Made by a program: the position numbers and the translations under genes
DNA from: a virus
Reading direction: 5' to 3' (one strand)
Length of the DNA: 64,000 nt
UHGV virus genome: UHGV-0287696
Notes under the pieces: model-generated
Seen by the model: only the letters and a program-made list of their open reading frames with translations
Database searches by the model: none
What the model was told of the DNA's origin: nothing
Part shown: positions 39,901 through 48,759 of the stretch, piece after piece
Numbering within the stretch: the stretch's first letter is position 1
How the letters are laid out: every line of letters starts with the position of its first letter

Positions 39901-41124
39901 TAACGGACCGCTTGTTTCTCCCGCTATTGCCGAGTTAGAAATAGACGACAAATTTCCAAAGCCATACTTCGCCAACTGTAGGCGTTTCATGACTTCTGGG
40001 TTTTTCTCTAACTCGCCACGTGTCCAGTTCTGAAGACGTTCGATCTGGGGTTGTAAGAGACGTTTTGCTAACCAACCACCTGCAAAACCTGCCGCTTTAT
40101 TACGCGAGTTTGTGTTACGACGGTCAGGAGACAACGATGAGCTGTCCGACATGTCAAAGTCATCTTCCTGAGCCATCCCTAGAACTTGTTCTAGAATCCC
40201 ACGGCCATCACTAAAGATGTTCGAGATTTTCTTCTTCGCGTTTTCGCGAATCTGACCAATGAAATTGTCTGCGTAGTGTAAGGGGTTCATCCACTCCGCA
40301 GCTTTACGTTTTACATTAGCCCAACGAATTTCAGAAAACTCTTCCTTCGCGTAGTCCGGTAGTGCTGTGTTCTTAACGATGGCTTCTAATGCCGGGGTGT
40401 TGCGTGCAAACTCGTCTTGTTTGAGTTTCGCAATATCCTGCAAAGCAAACAATGTCCGATATTGCAGCTCTAACTGCTTACGCTGAACATTTAACAACAC
40501 ACCACGACTTAAGCTAGTCGTTAAGTTGACGTCTTTCGCAATACCGATTACGGTCTGGAACAGTGCGTCGGACTTCATGTCCTTAATCGTGTCGCGCAAG
40601 CGGTCTTCAACCATCCCCTCTTGCGCCTCACGTTGCTGGTCCGCTGTTTGCGGTGCACCTGAGAACACGCTGTCCAGCTCACGATCCATCATCGCTTGTT
40701 TAGGATCGTAATTCCCATAGTCGATTTGATCGTTACGTGCCCACTTGTCGATTTTCCGTGTTACGGATTCCGGTAAATACCGTTTCAGTGTTGGGCCTAA
40801 CTGTCTCGCTTGCATCTTGACGACGCGAGACGTCTTTTCAATCTCGTCTTTCGTATGGGCCAGAATGTCTTGACCTGCAGCTTTAACGTTTTGATAGCCT
40901 TCGTAGGCTTCTGCCGCAGGTTTAGGCATCCCTTTTAAAATAACCTGATCACGTTTGTTTTCGGGCCAGATAGTCGACAACGCCGACTTACGGGCAGCAC
41001 GAAATGTGTCCATGACCGGGTTACGCGATTGGTCTTGTTGACGAGGGGGCTCATCAAAATCGTCCCAGTCGTCCATGTTATCAAGATCGATTTCATCGAA
41101 ATCATCTTTACCTTTTTTAGCCAT
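34000..41124 (-). CDS. giant virion-associated protein (2374 aa) with internal lytic transglycosylase domain
   Basis: Single uninterrupted ORF. Acidic N-terminus, hydrophobic segments mid-protein, SLT motifs (AQAESGLRYG, AAGLFQF, Y...) about 1950-2100 aa from the N-terminus, Ala/Gly/Pro-rich C-terminal tail. Confidence 0.7.
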   Translation of the reverse strand: MAKKGKDDFDEIDLDNMDDWDDFDEPPRQQDQSRNPVMDTFRAARKSALSTIWPENKRDQVILKGMPKPAAEAYEGYQNVKAAGQDILAHTKDEIEKTSRVVKMQARQLGPTLKRYLPESVTRKIDKWARNDQIDYGNYDPKQAMMDRELDSVFSGAPQTADQQREAQEGMVEDRLRDTIKDMKSDALFQTVIGIAKDVNLTTSLSRGVLLNVQRKQLELQYRTLFALQDIAKLKQDEFARNTPALEAIVKNTALPDYAKEEFSEIRWANVKRKAAEWMNPLHYADNFIGQIRENAKKKISNIFSDGRGILEQVLGMAQEDDFDMSDSSSLSPDRRNTNSRNKAAGFAGGWLAKRLLQPQIERLQNWTRGELEKNPEVMKRLQLAKYGFGNLSSISNSAIAGETSGPLADLFRLMHDLGLVNPLRRETLALDDRSAESLSAAAKFDRKAYLSITEVIPTLLSEINKSIRRGYGEHHDQVYDLTTRGMVDRKVIGNRVRKAVANDDQRKRLQTYINDTVDFIDKDKTLDRKTRQALADYIESRASEGKAFDVGSLLKDPMHMYRYMNANAVEAIQGVLEARSAELVGGHHELSNAISNKIAAIQSTIRARQDTVDAASVIYGENALRDSGIFKYDAKNDIFEVDKDINDPYTLFNDLSMGKTRSGRSLTREQEIQRKLQNGSALGDYLRRMGAGAEPSFEDKELSNVRGGGKGGRGRGLSARQLAAVLYGEKSTNFVELLSSRPDTNAGLEQQFDRLIDAVRKQPESSIVQDILKHVKNMDEEGILLASLGGSRDDGDEPESSSESGRKRRRKRKRIVLGETGLLRRWAGVLWDTGSGVGRFGKNLFLRGKDRLQALGGFIRGKFSGGSSEGPGVFSRLKGLVTGTLSTGWNSAVAFGKGVLGVRDIYDERGNVVLQGSRLEAGDYYQADPKTEKLIQLKTLDDIKLGRDIVDEAGNLILAAADLAAAGKLRFYKGGKVQALFQYISGKAGTAVNKAVTLPKKLLGFISPKAASLFEKAREWLNEVPEGAEKTRLQSMISRVTGMPARLWNNAKRGFEKLKELASDNPLTRWWQNRKEGGSGGGFSVFSWSNGRKTNHILIRIYKLLNRRLPGEPEDDTWTEQMERNTGASSVKGLFQRAKDIREGFREHFQGFRDWRGRMRDRMSRYRSAVGGRLSRWGGAARDWFDRFRGRASDMVDTFRDPRYDIGTRYRMESRLAGRDDDVAEFYRQHIYARGKVSKTRIIDAAKEDLDTVTDSAGRVINKGKQKARSVGSALLERLNRMVNLQEMSWFNTMRDSAEKAGASDGLLRTMFSKFGQRNKPPASDEKRDYFQFFRRRRRSKEEEKAKKEAEKKGGKRGVMDFLKGLPLVGPIVSILGTVGSILGKVAKWGIFKPVGFAGKALWNVGKFAVTRLAVPAVSAVATAASAVVTAVGWPIIGLVAAGAAVSWFAYKTATRVNAQYLDNMRLAQYGFRDHDEWSSDDGAKARYLEDNLKPYISYTENGQAQLRGLSGDDVKKLAEGFGTNVEDKGEMLAFSAFMLQRFVPIYLRWITALKSMDNDIALADVGNPAKVSKADMLNIFNKMKMSKDAPAFRALEDPRKVNQGWFSKAWDFVTFTPAEFLSGEEVVEAQERVLRSINMRRDEKRKDVNATGGVAEGHKVASVAESTQALAQADAERNKEVAKVEGWEDGTEQVQVQVDWRSLPKETDLRDLESVRLKAYGAVSITQTTRNLYTLLERQVLQDTDVKSCTYKGDWKRAIAVIAPDAIGGPKEDRYKNWFYNRFLPVFMTYIVGVKRYVPAADPMDLRVTGGFLYEIALMMRGAYNLKGGIRQSVWEVPFNPLGGDANTDAGSVATELENLKELSKEADLAVRKTLRATPSAGFRVNWQRKDRATQMFLTDDEKEQPSRPQMNTSSSYRDLLQPAANDGGNYGTPNDLAGAYGQMGAKNYAAFTTGNFGVKLGDMQDGDYKTLAAKYPISTLGDGLKPNLNAVAALITDVAKMMGVPPALALGMAQAESGLRYGIKAKGSSAAGLFQFINDTWGAQMKAYARRYGIPQTNQYDPWANALLGVRHIRDNIEKARKDLGGIDPPGAAVYLYHFLGQGGGKKFLQEWKRDPNGPSSRGASADQIAANSTIFYKNGKLRSLDEVLNIMGGKIGAVGTNAIAANQASLKDLTTGVTPMPSSPAIAAGAANDPSITGPADNLPAANEANRDSALADKGAMGAEDIKAATGGGPAVPSPGGDVTPSDASVVVETVGQNARADGLAEEEVAKVKEGARQQMEKSARPAPTVTSDAQTASTVNSGDPISVQQLAVAKESAGYLKEIVTILRQRPQAMQNGPANPASTAPGSASRNVSITQPAPKLDVSRKSA

Positions 41125-41153
41125 AACGTTTAATCCGTATCAGGAGATTTAGC

Positions 41154-42773
41154 GTGAATAAACTTAATTGGGTTGACTTTTATCTGCTCAATGTAAACAA
41201 GTCTCTTGTGTCGCGATTACGACCCGTCACGACCACGGATACTTTCCAGGGGTTAACAAAAAACTTTCACCCCGAAGGTCTTTACTCTACAGAGATATTT
41301 GGACTCACGGGGAGTGAAGCGCGAGACTCTACTTTCTCTTATATCGATATTAAACTCGATATCATTTCGCCGACGGTGTGTTTGGCGTTATTCCAACTCA
41401 AACAACTCTACGAAGAAATTTGTTCTGGAAAACGCTACGCAACGTGGAGCGAAAAAGAAAAAGATTTCGAACCGGCCTTGCCGGGAGACCCAGGCGCAGA
41501 TACCGGTTTTAACTTCTTCCTCAGTCACTATAACGATTTAAAACCTAAGCGTAACGAGTCCCTACAACGTGACGAAACCGTGGATTTCTTTTTGAAATTC
41601 CGTCCCGTTAGTCTTAGTCGATACGTTCTCGTGTTACCCGCGGGTTTACGCGATTTAGTAATTCGACAAGATGGTAGAGAACAGGAAGAAGAAATCGGCG
41701 GGATGTATCGTCGGTTGGTATCACTCGCCAGGGCGATCCCTGACCGAGCAACCCGTGTTGAATTAACTAACCCCGTGCGCTGGAAACTGCAACAAACCTT
41801 CAACGATATCTGGATGTATTTCTTTAACATCCAAGACGGTAAAGGGGGTTTCCAACGTCGTAAAGTGACGTCTCGTAAATTAATGAACGGGACACGTAAC
41901 GTACTGTCCTCGTTCTCGACGGGGTCTAAGTGCATGGGTCGTGAAGACGCTATTCGTCCCACCGACACCAAAATTGGTTTATACCAGGGTTTAAAAGCAT
42001 TACTCCCCGTTGCGCAGTACCAGATACGTGAACGTTACCTCGGTAACATCCGTGCTGGTGACGGCAACCTTTACGGCGTAAACACCAAAACCCTTAAACG
42101 TGAATTCTTGGAAGTAGGTGGTCGTGTATACGACACCTTTACCACCGACGATGGGATTGAATCCTTAATCAACCGAATGGAAGCTCGCGAGCTTCGCCAT
42201 CAACCGATTATGTTGGACGACACCCACTACGTTGCGTTGGTTTACCAAGACACCAAACATTTTAAGGTGTTCTACGATATTGAAGAACTTCCTAAAACGT
42301 TTGACCGAAAATTCGTTCACGGTATGACGCTCGTCGAATTGCTTTATTTGTCGGGCTACGAACTTTGGAACGATTATTTCGGTTTCGTTACACGTTATCC
42401 CGTTACAGGCCGAGGCTCGACGTATTCATCGACCATAAGATTGGAGACCACCACATCATCTTTATACTTAAAAGAACTGGAAGATGACTGGGAAACTGAA
42501 AAACCCCGAGGGGCTATCAGCTACCCTGACCGGTCGGTTCCTACCTTCGTTGAGTCGATGGCACCACACCCTTCACGCTTAGGTGGCTTAGGGGGTGACT
42601 ACGACGGCGATACCGGGTCGTTTAACGCGCCTATGTCCCAGGAAGCACTCGAGGAAAACCGGAATTGGATACACTCGAAAAACTACTGGTTCGATTCTGA
42701 TGGGAACTTTAAAATCAATCCTATCAACAACGTGATTAAACGTGCAACGCAAGCGTTATTAAAGAACCCATAA
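41154..42773 (+). CDS. large hypothetical protein with DYDGD motif (possible RNA-polymerase-like catalytic loop)
   Basis: GTG start with AGGAG upstream, divergent from the giant gene; GGLGGDYDGDTGSFNAP lies near the C-terminus. Confidence 0.5.
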   Translation: MNKLNWVDFYLLNVNKSLVSRLRPVTTTDTFQGLTKNFHPEGLYSTEIFGLTGSEARDSTFSYIDIKLDIISPTVCLALFQLKQLYEEICSGKRYATWSEKEKDFEPALPGDPGADTGFNFFLSHYNDLKPKRNESLQRDETVDFFLKFRPVSLSRYVLVLPAGLRDLVIRQDGREQEEEIGGMYRRLVSLARAIPDRATRVELTNPVRWKLQQTFNDIWMYFFNIQDGKGGFQRRKVTSRKLMNGTRNVLSSFSTGSKCMGREDAIRPTDTKIGLYQGLKALLPVAQYQIRERYLGNIRAGDGNLYGVNTKTLKREFLEVGGRVYDTFTTDDGIESLINRMEARELRHQPIMLDDTHYVALVYQDTKHFKVFYDIEELPKTFDRKFVHGMTLVELLYLSGYELWNDYFGFVTRYPVTGRGSTYSSTIRLETTTSSLYLKELEDDWETEKPRGAISYPDRSVPTFVESMAPHPSRLGGLGGDYDGDTGSFNAPMSQEALEENRNWIHSKNYWFDSDGNFKINPINNVIKRATQALLKNP

Positions 42774-42782
42774 GGCTAAGCA

Positions 42783-45700
42783 ATGCTGCTCATTAAACAG
42801 TTTAACCAACGCTTCTCGGTGCGTAAAACTGACGAGTTTGGTAATCCGAGGATTATCCCGCTCGAGAAGCTACAGATACCACGTGGTTCTGTACTCCATG
42901 TCATTGATCTCGACCAGGTGGTATTAGCGCCACCTGCAACACTCGAGATTATTCAACCGTTAGAAAAACCTGCACAGGTTCGTCACCACTTTAAATTACC
43001 GGAAGACGGTATTAGCGGTCATCCGCGCAACAAACCTGTTCAGGGGCAAGAACGTGCTATCTTTGCTTACCACCGTGCAAACCGCCCGATGCGTCGTCTT
43101 ACCTCAGACGATCTGGTTCGCAAAGACTTAAAAGTTCTCCTGGTCGAGAACTACACACCAATGCTATCGCACTACTACTATCCTGACACCCAGTTAGCCT
43201 GGTACGATAGACTGCGTAACATCCAACTGTTGATGATTAACCAGTTCAAATACGACACGCAAGAATACATGCGTCAGAACTATTTCGTTATTGAACTGGG
43301 TTCGACTCTACCTTCGTTCCAGAAGTTTCAAACAACCTATAACGACCGCGTTAAGAGCAAGATTGAGAAGTTCCAGGACTTCAACTTGCTGTGGTTATTG
43401 GAGTTGTTTGCTTGGGCTTATGGAAAACAATCCGATTCCCTATTCTCGGGAATGGATTTAACTCAGCTGTCACGAATGAACTTTATCTTCACCCACAACA
43501 CGGGCTTTACGTCCATGAACATGGGTGTTGTAGAGAAAATGCGTAAGTCGTCCGGCGGTCGTTTAAGTGATGACCAAATGGCCAGGATGTTCTACCGTAC
43601 GCTGGTGCGTGTAATGACACAAGCACCGTCTAACGCGTACGAAGCTGAATTCCTAACGCCTGAAGGCGACGAGCGTGTTTTCCTTAAAGACGTCGAAGAA
43701 GAAACCGTTGATGTTGTCGACGATGACGATGTTGTTAATGACGCTGTGGTGGAATCCGATAACACCTTCGATGAAAAAGAAGACGTTGTTATTGAAGAAC
43801 CGAAGGAAGACGTCAAACCGACGACCATCGTCGTCGAGAAAGTCATTCCGCATGACGAGATTATTAAACAGGAAGCACAACGCTTAGCTGAAGCGGGCCG
43901 CTTAAGTTCTAAAGCATATCAGTTCCTGTCAGAATCGTCTAAACGTTTCGTTCAGCTACCTAACCCGTATAACCCGAAAGAAACCTACGGGGAAGCACTG
44001 ACTGTTCACGAGAAAGATATCGTCGTTAAAGCCGAGCCGAAAAAAGTTCAGCGGCTTGTTACCGATGAAGGGTGGGCAGAGAACGTCACCGACCAGATGG
44101 TGAAACAATACAACCAGACCATGATGACCAAAGACGTACTGGCGGCGGTCGCCAGTTCACAACGTTTGGGTCTGGCGGTTCACAACCACACGGTGGAAAA
44201 AGAAGTTTCTGTTACAGGAACTATCGAGCACCACACCTTACGTGTTCAGCCAGTCGGTGGTGAGCCAACAACCGTTCGCTTCTCTATCCCAGGCTTGACC
44301 GAGGACGGTACTTGGGTCGCTAATGGTGTCGAATACACCATGCGTCGCCAACGTGTGGACTTACCGATTCGTAAGGTTGCACCGGATACTGTCGCACTGA
44401 CTACCGCTTACGGTAAAAACTTTGTCCGTCGTAGTGATAAAGTCGCAAACGATTACGGCCGTTGGTTAACCAACGCGATTATCACACGCGCCGTTGACCC
44501 GACAAACACCGAAGTCACCGATGCACGTTTAGCAAATGTGTTCGATCCTACGCAACATCTGCCTCGTCAGTATACGGAGATTGCACGCCGTATTGCCAGC
44601 TTTAATGCGAACGGCTATATGTGGAACTTCGACTACAAAGAAGCCGTTAACTTCTTTAACGACGAGCAACTCAGAGACGCCGATGCTGCCAAACTTCTGC
44701 CAGTGGCGAAACGTCCGCGTAGCGAAACAATCCTGGCAATGGATGACAAATCCATGCTTTACGGTGTGAACGGAAACAAAGTTGAACCAGTGGGAACCAT
44801 CGCAGAGGTATTGGGCTTTAATAACCAGAAAGTGCCTCGCGAAATGACCGAGCTGTCTTTGATGGGTAAATCTTTGTCGCTTGGTTTTATCTTCTCGTTC
44901 TATCTTGGACTCCAGGGAATGTTGAAACATTTCGGTATCCAGTACGAGTTGGTTCCTACAGGACAGCGTGTTGATAAGAATGCCTACGACAGTATTATTC
45001 GACTACAAGACTGTAAACTTTTAGTTACTTGCGATAACGATCAGCAGAGGATGATTCTGCATGGTTTGGATCGCTATCTCAAACACCTGGTTGCTTATAC
45101 CGAATCAGAAGCAGACCGCGAAGACATTTACCTGAACTTATTACGTGAAGCAGATGGCCTAACGCCACGGTACATCAACGAGCTGAAACAGATGCGGTCC
45201 GCGTTTGTTGACGACATGCACGCACGTATCCTCAGGAAAATGGGTGAGCCGGAAACCTTTATTGGCTTGCTGGAACGTTCTAACGAACTGTTACAAACTG
45301 ACCACTCTTTACCAGAGATTAACGGCGATGAAATGATGTTCTTAGGAAATCAGAGGATTGCCTACCACATCTATACTGCGATGGTCAGAGCGATGCGTAA
45401 CTACAATAACGCACCGGGCAGTAACCGTAAGTTCGAACTGACACAAGACATGGTTTGGGGTGCAATTAACTCCGACCCGTCGGTACTTTTGGCACCAGGC
45501 GCTAACCCTATCCAGTCAATTAAAGAAAAAGACGTTATTACGATGGGGGGTACAGGTGGTCGTAATCGTAAAACGATGGTCTACCACACGCGTGAGTTCC
45601 AACCCAGTGATATCGGGATAGTCTCGGGTAATACCGTAGATAACGGCGACGTAGGGATTACTGCTTTCGTCACCAATAACCCACGTTTTGACACCGTTGA

Positions 45701-46949
45701 CGGTACCACGTTTAAGCGTGAAGAGAAAACCCCGAAACCAAGCGATACCCTTTCGTTTATTGACGGGTTAGTACCCGATACGTTAATGGACGATGCAAAA
45801 CGTCAAAACTTCGTTGGGATTCAGTTAGGTTCTGCCACCAGTTGTAATGGGGCAACCACAACCCCGTATCGTACTGAACAGGAGAAATTCGTCGCACACC
45901 GTACTTCGGTGAAACATGCACGCGTTATTGATAAAGCAGGTAAGATTACTGGTCTGTCGAAAGACCACATTGAAATTACGTACGAAGATGGAAGTAAAGA
46001 AGCCTTTCCTCTAGGGCGCTGGTTCGGCCCCCACGAAGGTACCTTCTATCCGCACACCTTGGTAACACGCTGGAAAGCCGGTGATAAGCTCCCGGCCGGA
46101 GCAGTGATTACGTACAACGAGCAACACTTTGAACCTGATATTTACGATCCTACTCAGGTTTCCTGGAAAAACGGGGTGCTGGCCACCGTTGCTTTATTAG
46201 AAGCTGAAGAAGTTATCGAAGACTCCAACGCAATTTCTGAACGGTTCGCGAAGAAAATGGTGGGGCAGGTAACAAAGCTGAAAGAAGTGACGATTAACAG
46301 CAACCAGATGCTTTTGGAAATCGTGAATGAGGGCGACCACGTAGACGTCGATACAATCCTATGCACGTTTACTGACGACTTGACGGGCGATATGAGTGCC
46401 TTTAGTCAGGAAGCAGCCGCAACGTTGCAAAGTTTAAGTTCGTACGCACCTCGTGCAGGGGTACGTGGTATCGTGGATAAAATCGAAGTGGTGTATCACG
46501 GTGAAACCGAAGACATGACGCCAAGTCTTGCTGAGCTGGTGCGTAAATACGACAGAATTCGTCGTAAAGCCGCACTGGCAGTCGGACGCGGTGATCCGGT
46601 TTCAGGCAGTGTAAACGGCGACTACCGTGTCGAAGGTGTACCCTTGGCCTTTAACTCACTTTGTGTTCGATTCTTTATTACACACGACGTTGAGATGGCC
46701 GCTGCGGATAAGATGGTTATTGCTAACCAGCTAAAAACCACCGTACAAGAAGTCATGTACGGCGACAACAAAACAGAGGATGGTGATGACCTGGACGTGT
46801 TGTTCGGTCGCGATTCCGTCGATGCGCGTATCGTAGGTTCAATCCAACGTATCGGTACCGCGAATGCTGTAGGTGAACAAGCCGGGATTCTCATCGGGCG
46901 TATACTCGATGGGGAGGCTGTGCCTGATTTACCCGCGACACTTAAATAA
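42783..46949 (+). CDS. large hypothetical protein (1388 aa)
   Basis: Long ORF in the same frame as the upstream ORF, separated from it by TAA-GGC-TAA; internal acidic run; function unknown. Confidence 0.5.
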   Translation: MLLIKQFNQRFSVRKTDEFGNPRIIPLEKLQIPRGSVLHVIDLDQVVLAPPATLEIIQPLEKPAQVRHHFKLPEDGISGHPRNKPVQGQERAIFAYHRANRPMRRLTSDDLVRKDLKVLLVENYTPMLSHYYYPDTQLAWYDRLRNIQLLMINQFKYDTQEYMRQNYFVIELGSTLPSFQKFQTTYNDRVKSKIEKFQDFNLLWLLELFAWAYGKQSDSLFSGMDLTQLSRMNFIFTHNTGFTSMNMGVVEKMRKSSGGRLSDDQMARMFYRTLVRVMTQAPSNAYEAEFLTPEGDERVFLKDVEEETVDVVDDDDVVNDAVVESDNTFDEKEDVVIEEPKEDVKPTTIVVEKVIPHDEIIKQEAQRLAEAGRLSSKAYQFLSESSKRFVQLPNPYNPKETYGEALTVHEKDIVVKAEPKKVQRLVTDEGWAENVTDQMVKQYNQTMMTKDVLAAVASSQRLGLAVHNHTVEKEVSVTGTIEHHTLRVQPVGGEPTTVRFSIPGLTEDGTWVANGVEYTMRRQRVDLPIRKVAPDTVALTTAYGKNFVRRSDKVANDYGRWLTNAIITRAVDPTNTEVTDARLANVFDPTQHLPRQYTEIARRIASFNANGYMWNFDYKEAVNFFNDEQLRDADAAKLLPVAKRPRSETILAMDDKSMLYGVNGNKVEPVGTIAEVLGFNNQKVPREMTELSLMGKSLSLGFIFSFYLGLQGMLKHFGIQYELVPTGQRVDKNAYDSIIRLQDCKLLVTCDNDQQRMILHGLDRYLKHLVAYTESEADREDIYLNLLREADGLTPRYINELKQMRSAFVDDMHARILRKMGEPETFIGLLERSNELLQTDHSLPEINGDEMMFLGNQRIAYHIYTAMVRAMRNYNNAPGSNRKFELTQDMVWGAINSDPSVLLAPGANPIQSIKEKDVITMGGTGGRNRKTMVYHTREFQPSDIGIVSGNTVDNGDVGITAFVTNNPRFDTVDGTTFKREEKTPKPSDTLSFIDGLVPDTLMDDAKRQNFVGIQLGSATSCNGATTTPYRTEQEKFVAHRTSVKHARVIDKAGKITGLSKDHIEITYEDGSKEAFPLGRWFGPHEGTFYPHTLVTRWKAGDKLPAGAVITYNEQHFEPDIYDPTQVSWKNGVLATVALLEAEEVIEDSNAISERFAKKMVGQVTKLKEVTINSNQMLLEIVNEGDHVDVDTILCTFTDDLTGDMSAFSQEAAATLQSLSSYAPRAGVRGIVDKIEVVYHGETEDMTPSLAELVRKYDRIRRKAALAVGRGDPVSGSVNGDYRVEGVPLAFNSLCVRFFITHDVEMAAADKMVIANQLKTTVQEVMYGDNKTEDGDDLDVLFGRDSVDARIVGSIQRIGTANAVGEQAGILIGRILDGEAVPDLPATLK

Positions 46950-46956
46950 TCTCGAG

Positions 46957-46975
46957 GGGTGGGTCGCTCCCACCC
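46957..46975 (+). other. weak stem-loop after the 1388-aa gene
   Basis: GGGTGGG-TCGCT-CCCACCC with only a weak T tract. Confidence 0.3.
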
Positions 46976-46996
46976 TTGTAAACTCCGGAGAAGAGA

Positions 46997-47290
46997 ATGT
47001 CTATTCTAGATAAAATCAAACAGCGGCACGGTATTCCGACTGGGAAAAATATTACCCAGCAAAACGTGGAGGGATACAGTCCCATTCAACGTACCAACTA
47101 CGTGTCTTTAGGTAATACTGTCGAATTAGCAACGGAGATTGTGCATGGTCTGATTCGCGGTAACTCAGGAATGTCTGACCGTATCGGTGATCAGAAACTG
47201 CTGAAACGTGATATCGCAGATCTGGTGGGCGCGCGTTTGTACGCGATGCTTCAGGCGAACATCAGCACGAATAAAGAGGTTAAACAATGA
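46997..47290 (+). CDS. hypothetical protein
   Basis: ORF with GGAG upstream. Confidence 0.35.
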   Translation: MSILDKIKQRHGIPTGKNITQQNVEGYSPIQRTNYVSLGNTVELATEIVHGLIRGNSGMSDRIGDQKLLKRDIADLVGARLYAMLQANISTNKEVKQ

Positions 47291-48747
47291 TCAGTTTATA
47301 CTCGCTGAATGCGGTTACTAACGCCATGAAACTGTGCAAACAGCATAATGTTCAGCTTGGCACAGACGTTGACTCTCCAGTTGATTTGCTCAACCGTGCG
47401 GTCGACCCTACCCGCGTTTTCGATACCACAATCACCGACGAACAGTTCTTCCAGGAACTACCCGCGATTACGCAGCTTAAACGTCCGGTAGACGGTACGG
47501 CAGAAGCTTCGATTATTCGTGACGGCGCTGTTGAAGTTGAAGCACTGCGTGTTGACGATCATGAAACCACGTTATTCGAACTGAAGAACATGGCCATTCA
47601 GCGTTGCAACGGGATGCTGGATTTTGCCCGTAACGTTGTTCAACCGTTTGTGCAGCTGGTTATCCAAAATAACACGATTGAAGATGTCAAACCGTTGGTC
47701 GAAGACTGGAACCTGATTCCGGTAGGTATCGATCCGTGTGTGGATTCCCCAGTTGTCCAGGCGCTGATTCAAGAAATCGCCAACCCGATGGGCAACGGTA
47801 CGACTTACGACCCGATCAAGTTCGATGTACCGACCGACATCGAGATTCCGGAAACAGGTGTAAAAGCGTATGATGAACTGGTACGTAAATTACTGAACGA
47901 CCTGAATCTCAGCATGTACGATGCAGCAAAACTTCTGCTGGCAGGTAACTACACCGTACCTGTTGCAGATAAAGCACCGGAGATGGTAAAAGAACGTGTT
48001 CTGGTACTGCTGTTGTCTTCGTTCTTCATTGAACGTCCGTGGCCTGACTCAGGTGTTGACGCCCTGAAATGGAAAGCGGAAATGGGTCGTGCCTATTACA
48101 CGTCTATCGGTTGGGTATACGGTTTCGAAAAAGCGGTGGCTAACCGTGTCGCCACAGGTAACATCGTTTACTCTTACGATACCAACGAGAAAAACGTCTA
48201 TATCTGTCAGGAAACGATGGATGACTACCTGGAAAAAGGTGGTATCGTTGAAGCCCTGTTGGGTGCCATTTACCTGATGGACGAAGGCGACTATAACGTT
48301 TCCGCACGCGTGGCGTCTCTGCTGGAAAACCAGAAAGCCTACGTTGAAGCTTACAATCGTCGTGCAATTATCGTTCAGAAACGAAATGAACTCGACTGGG
48401 TAAGTCGTAACCGTCAGGCACTGAAAACAGCGTTCTCGATTGCAATCGACCAGCTCGACCAGGGCTACCTGACTGTTGGCGAGCTGACGCGCACTCGCGA
48501 AGAAGTCAAACAGGTTGTTATGGGGATTTGTGATGATTTCTTCGTCAACGCAGACGAAGACATTACGTTGTTTATCATCCGGACTGCATGTAACTCCGTA
48601 TTCTGCGCCTACGAAATCGATCCGCTGATGCGTGCGATTCATACCGCGATGATTGAGAACACCGATCCGGCAGAAGCCGCAACCAGTTGGATGATTGACT
48701 ATGTACTGAACTGGATTGCAGGTTCAGTATTTGTCGACAAACTTTAA
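47287..48747 (+). CDS. hypothetical protein
   Basis: ATGA overlap with the upstream gene; AGAGG upstream. Confidence 0.45.
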   Translation: MISLYSLNAVTNAMKLCKQHNVQLGTDVDSPVDLLNRAVDPTRVFDTTITDEQFFQELPAITQLKRPVDGTAEASIIRDGAVEVEALRVDDHETTLFELKNMAIQRCNGMLDFARNVVQPFVQLVIQNNTIEDVKPLVEDWNLIPVGIDPCVDSPVVQALIQEIANPMGNGTTYDPIKFDVPTDIEIPETGVKAYDELVRKLLNDLNLSMYDAAKLLLAGNYTVPVADKAPEMVKERVLVLLLSSFFIERPWPDSGVDALKWKAEMGRAYYTSIGWVYGFEKAVANRVATGNIVYSYDTNEKNVYICQETMDDYLEKGGIVEALLGAIYLMDEGDYNVSARVASLLENQKAYVEAYNRRAIIVQKRNELDWVSRNRQALKTAFSIAIDQLDQGYLTVGELTRTREEVKQVVMGICDDFFVNADEDITLFIIRTACNSVFCAYEIDPLMRAIHTAMIENTDPAEAATSWMIDYVLNWIAGSVFVDKL

Positions 48748-48759
48748 CGCGCTTAGGAG

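Noticed and set aside
34105-40711. Many plus-strand ORFs of 60-180 aa (for example 34382..34708, 36143..36484, 38408..38944) lying inside the giant minus-strand gene.
   Set aside because: They are antisense to one continuous 7.1-kb ORF with coherent motifs; they lack RBS context and are typical shadow ORFs.
42771-42785. Programmed stop-codon read-through fusing the 539-aa and 1388-aa ORFs, which share a reading frame.
   Set aside because: Two in-frame TAA codons (TAA-GGC-TAA) separate them, which argues for genuine termination; same-frame placement has a one-in-three chance.
43592-48642. Minus-strand ORFs inside the large plus-strand genes (43592..43846, 44529..44930, 48049..48642 and others).
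   Set aside because: They are fully overlapped by longer sense ORFs with good start contexts and have low-complexity or improbable translations.
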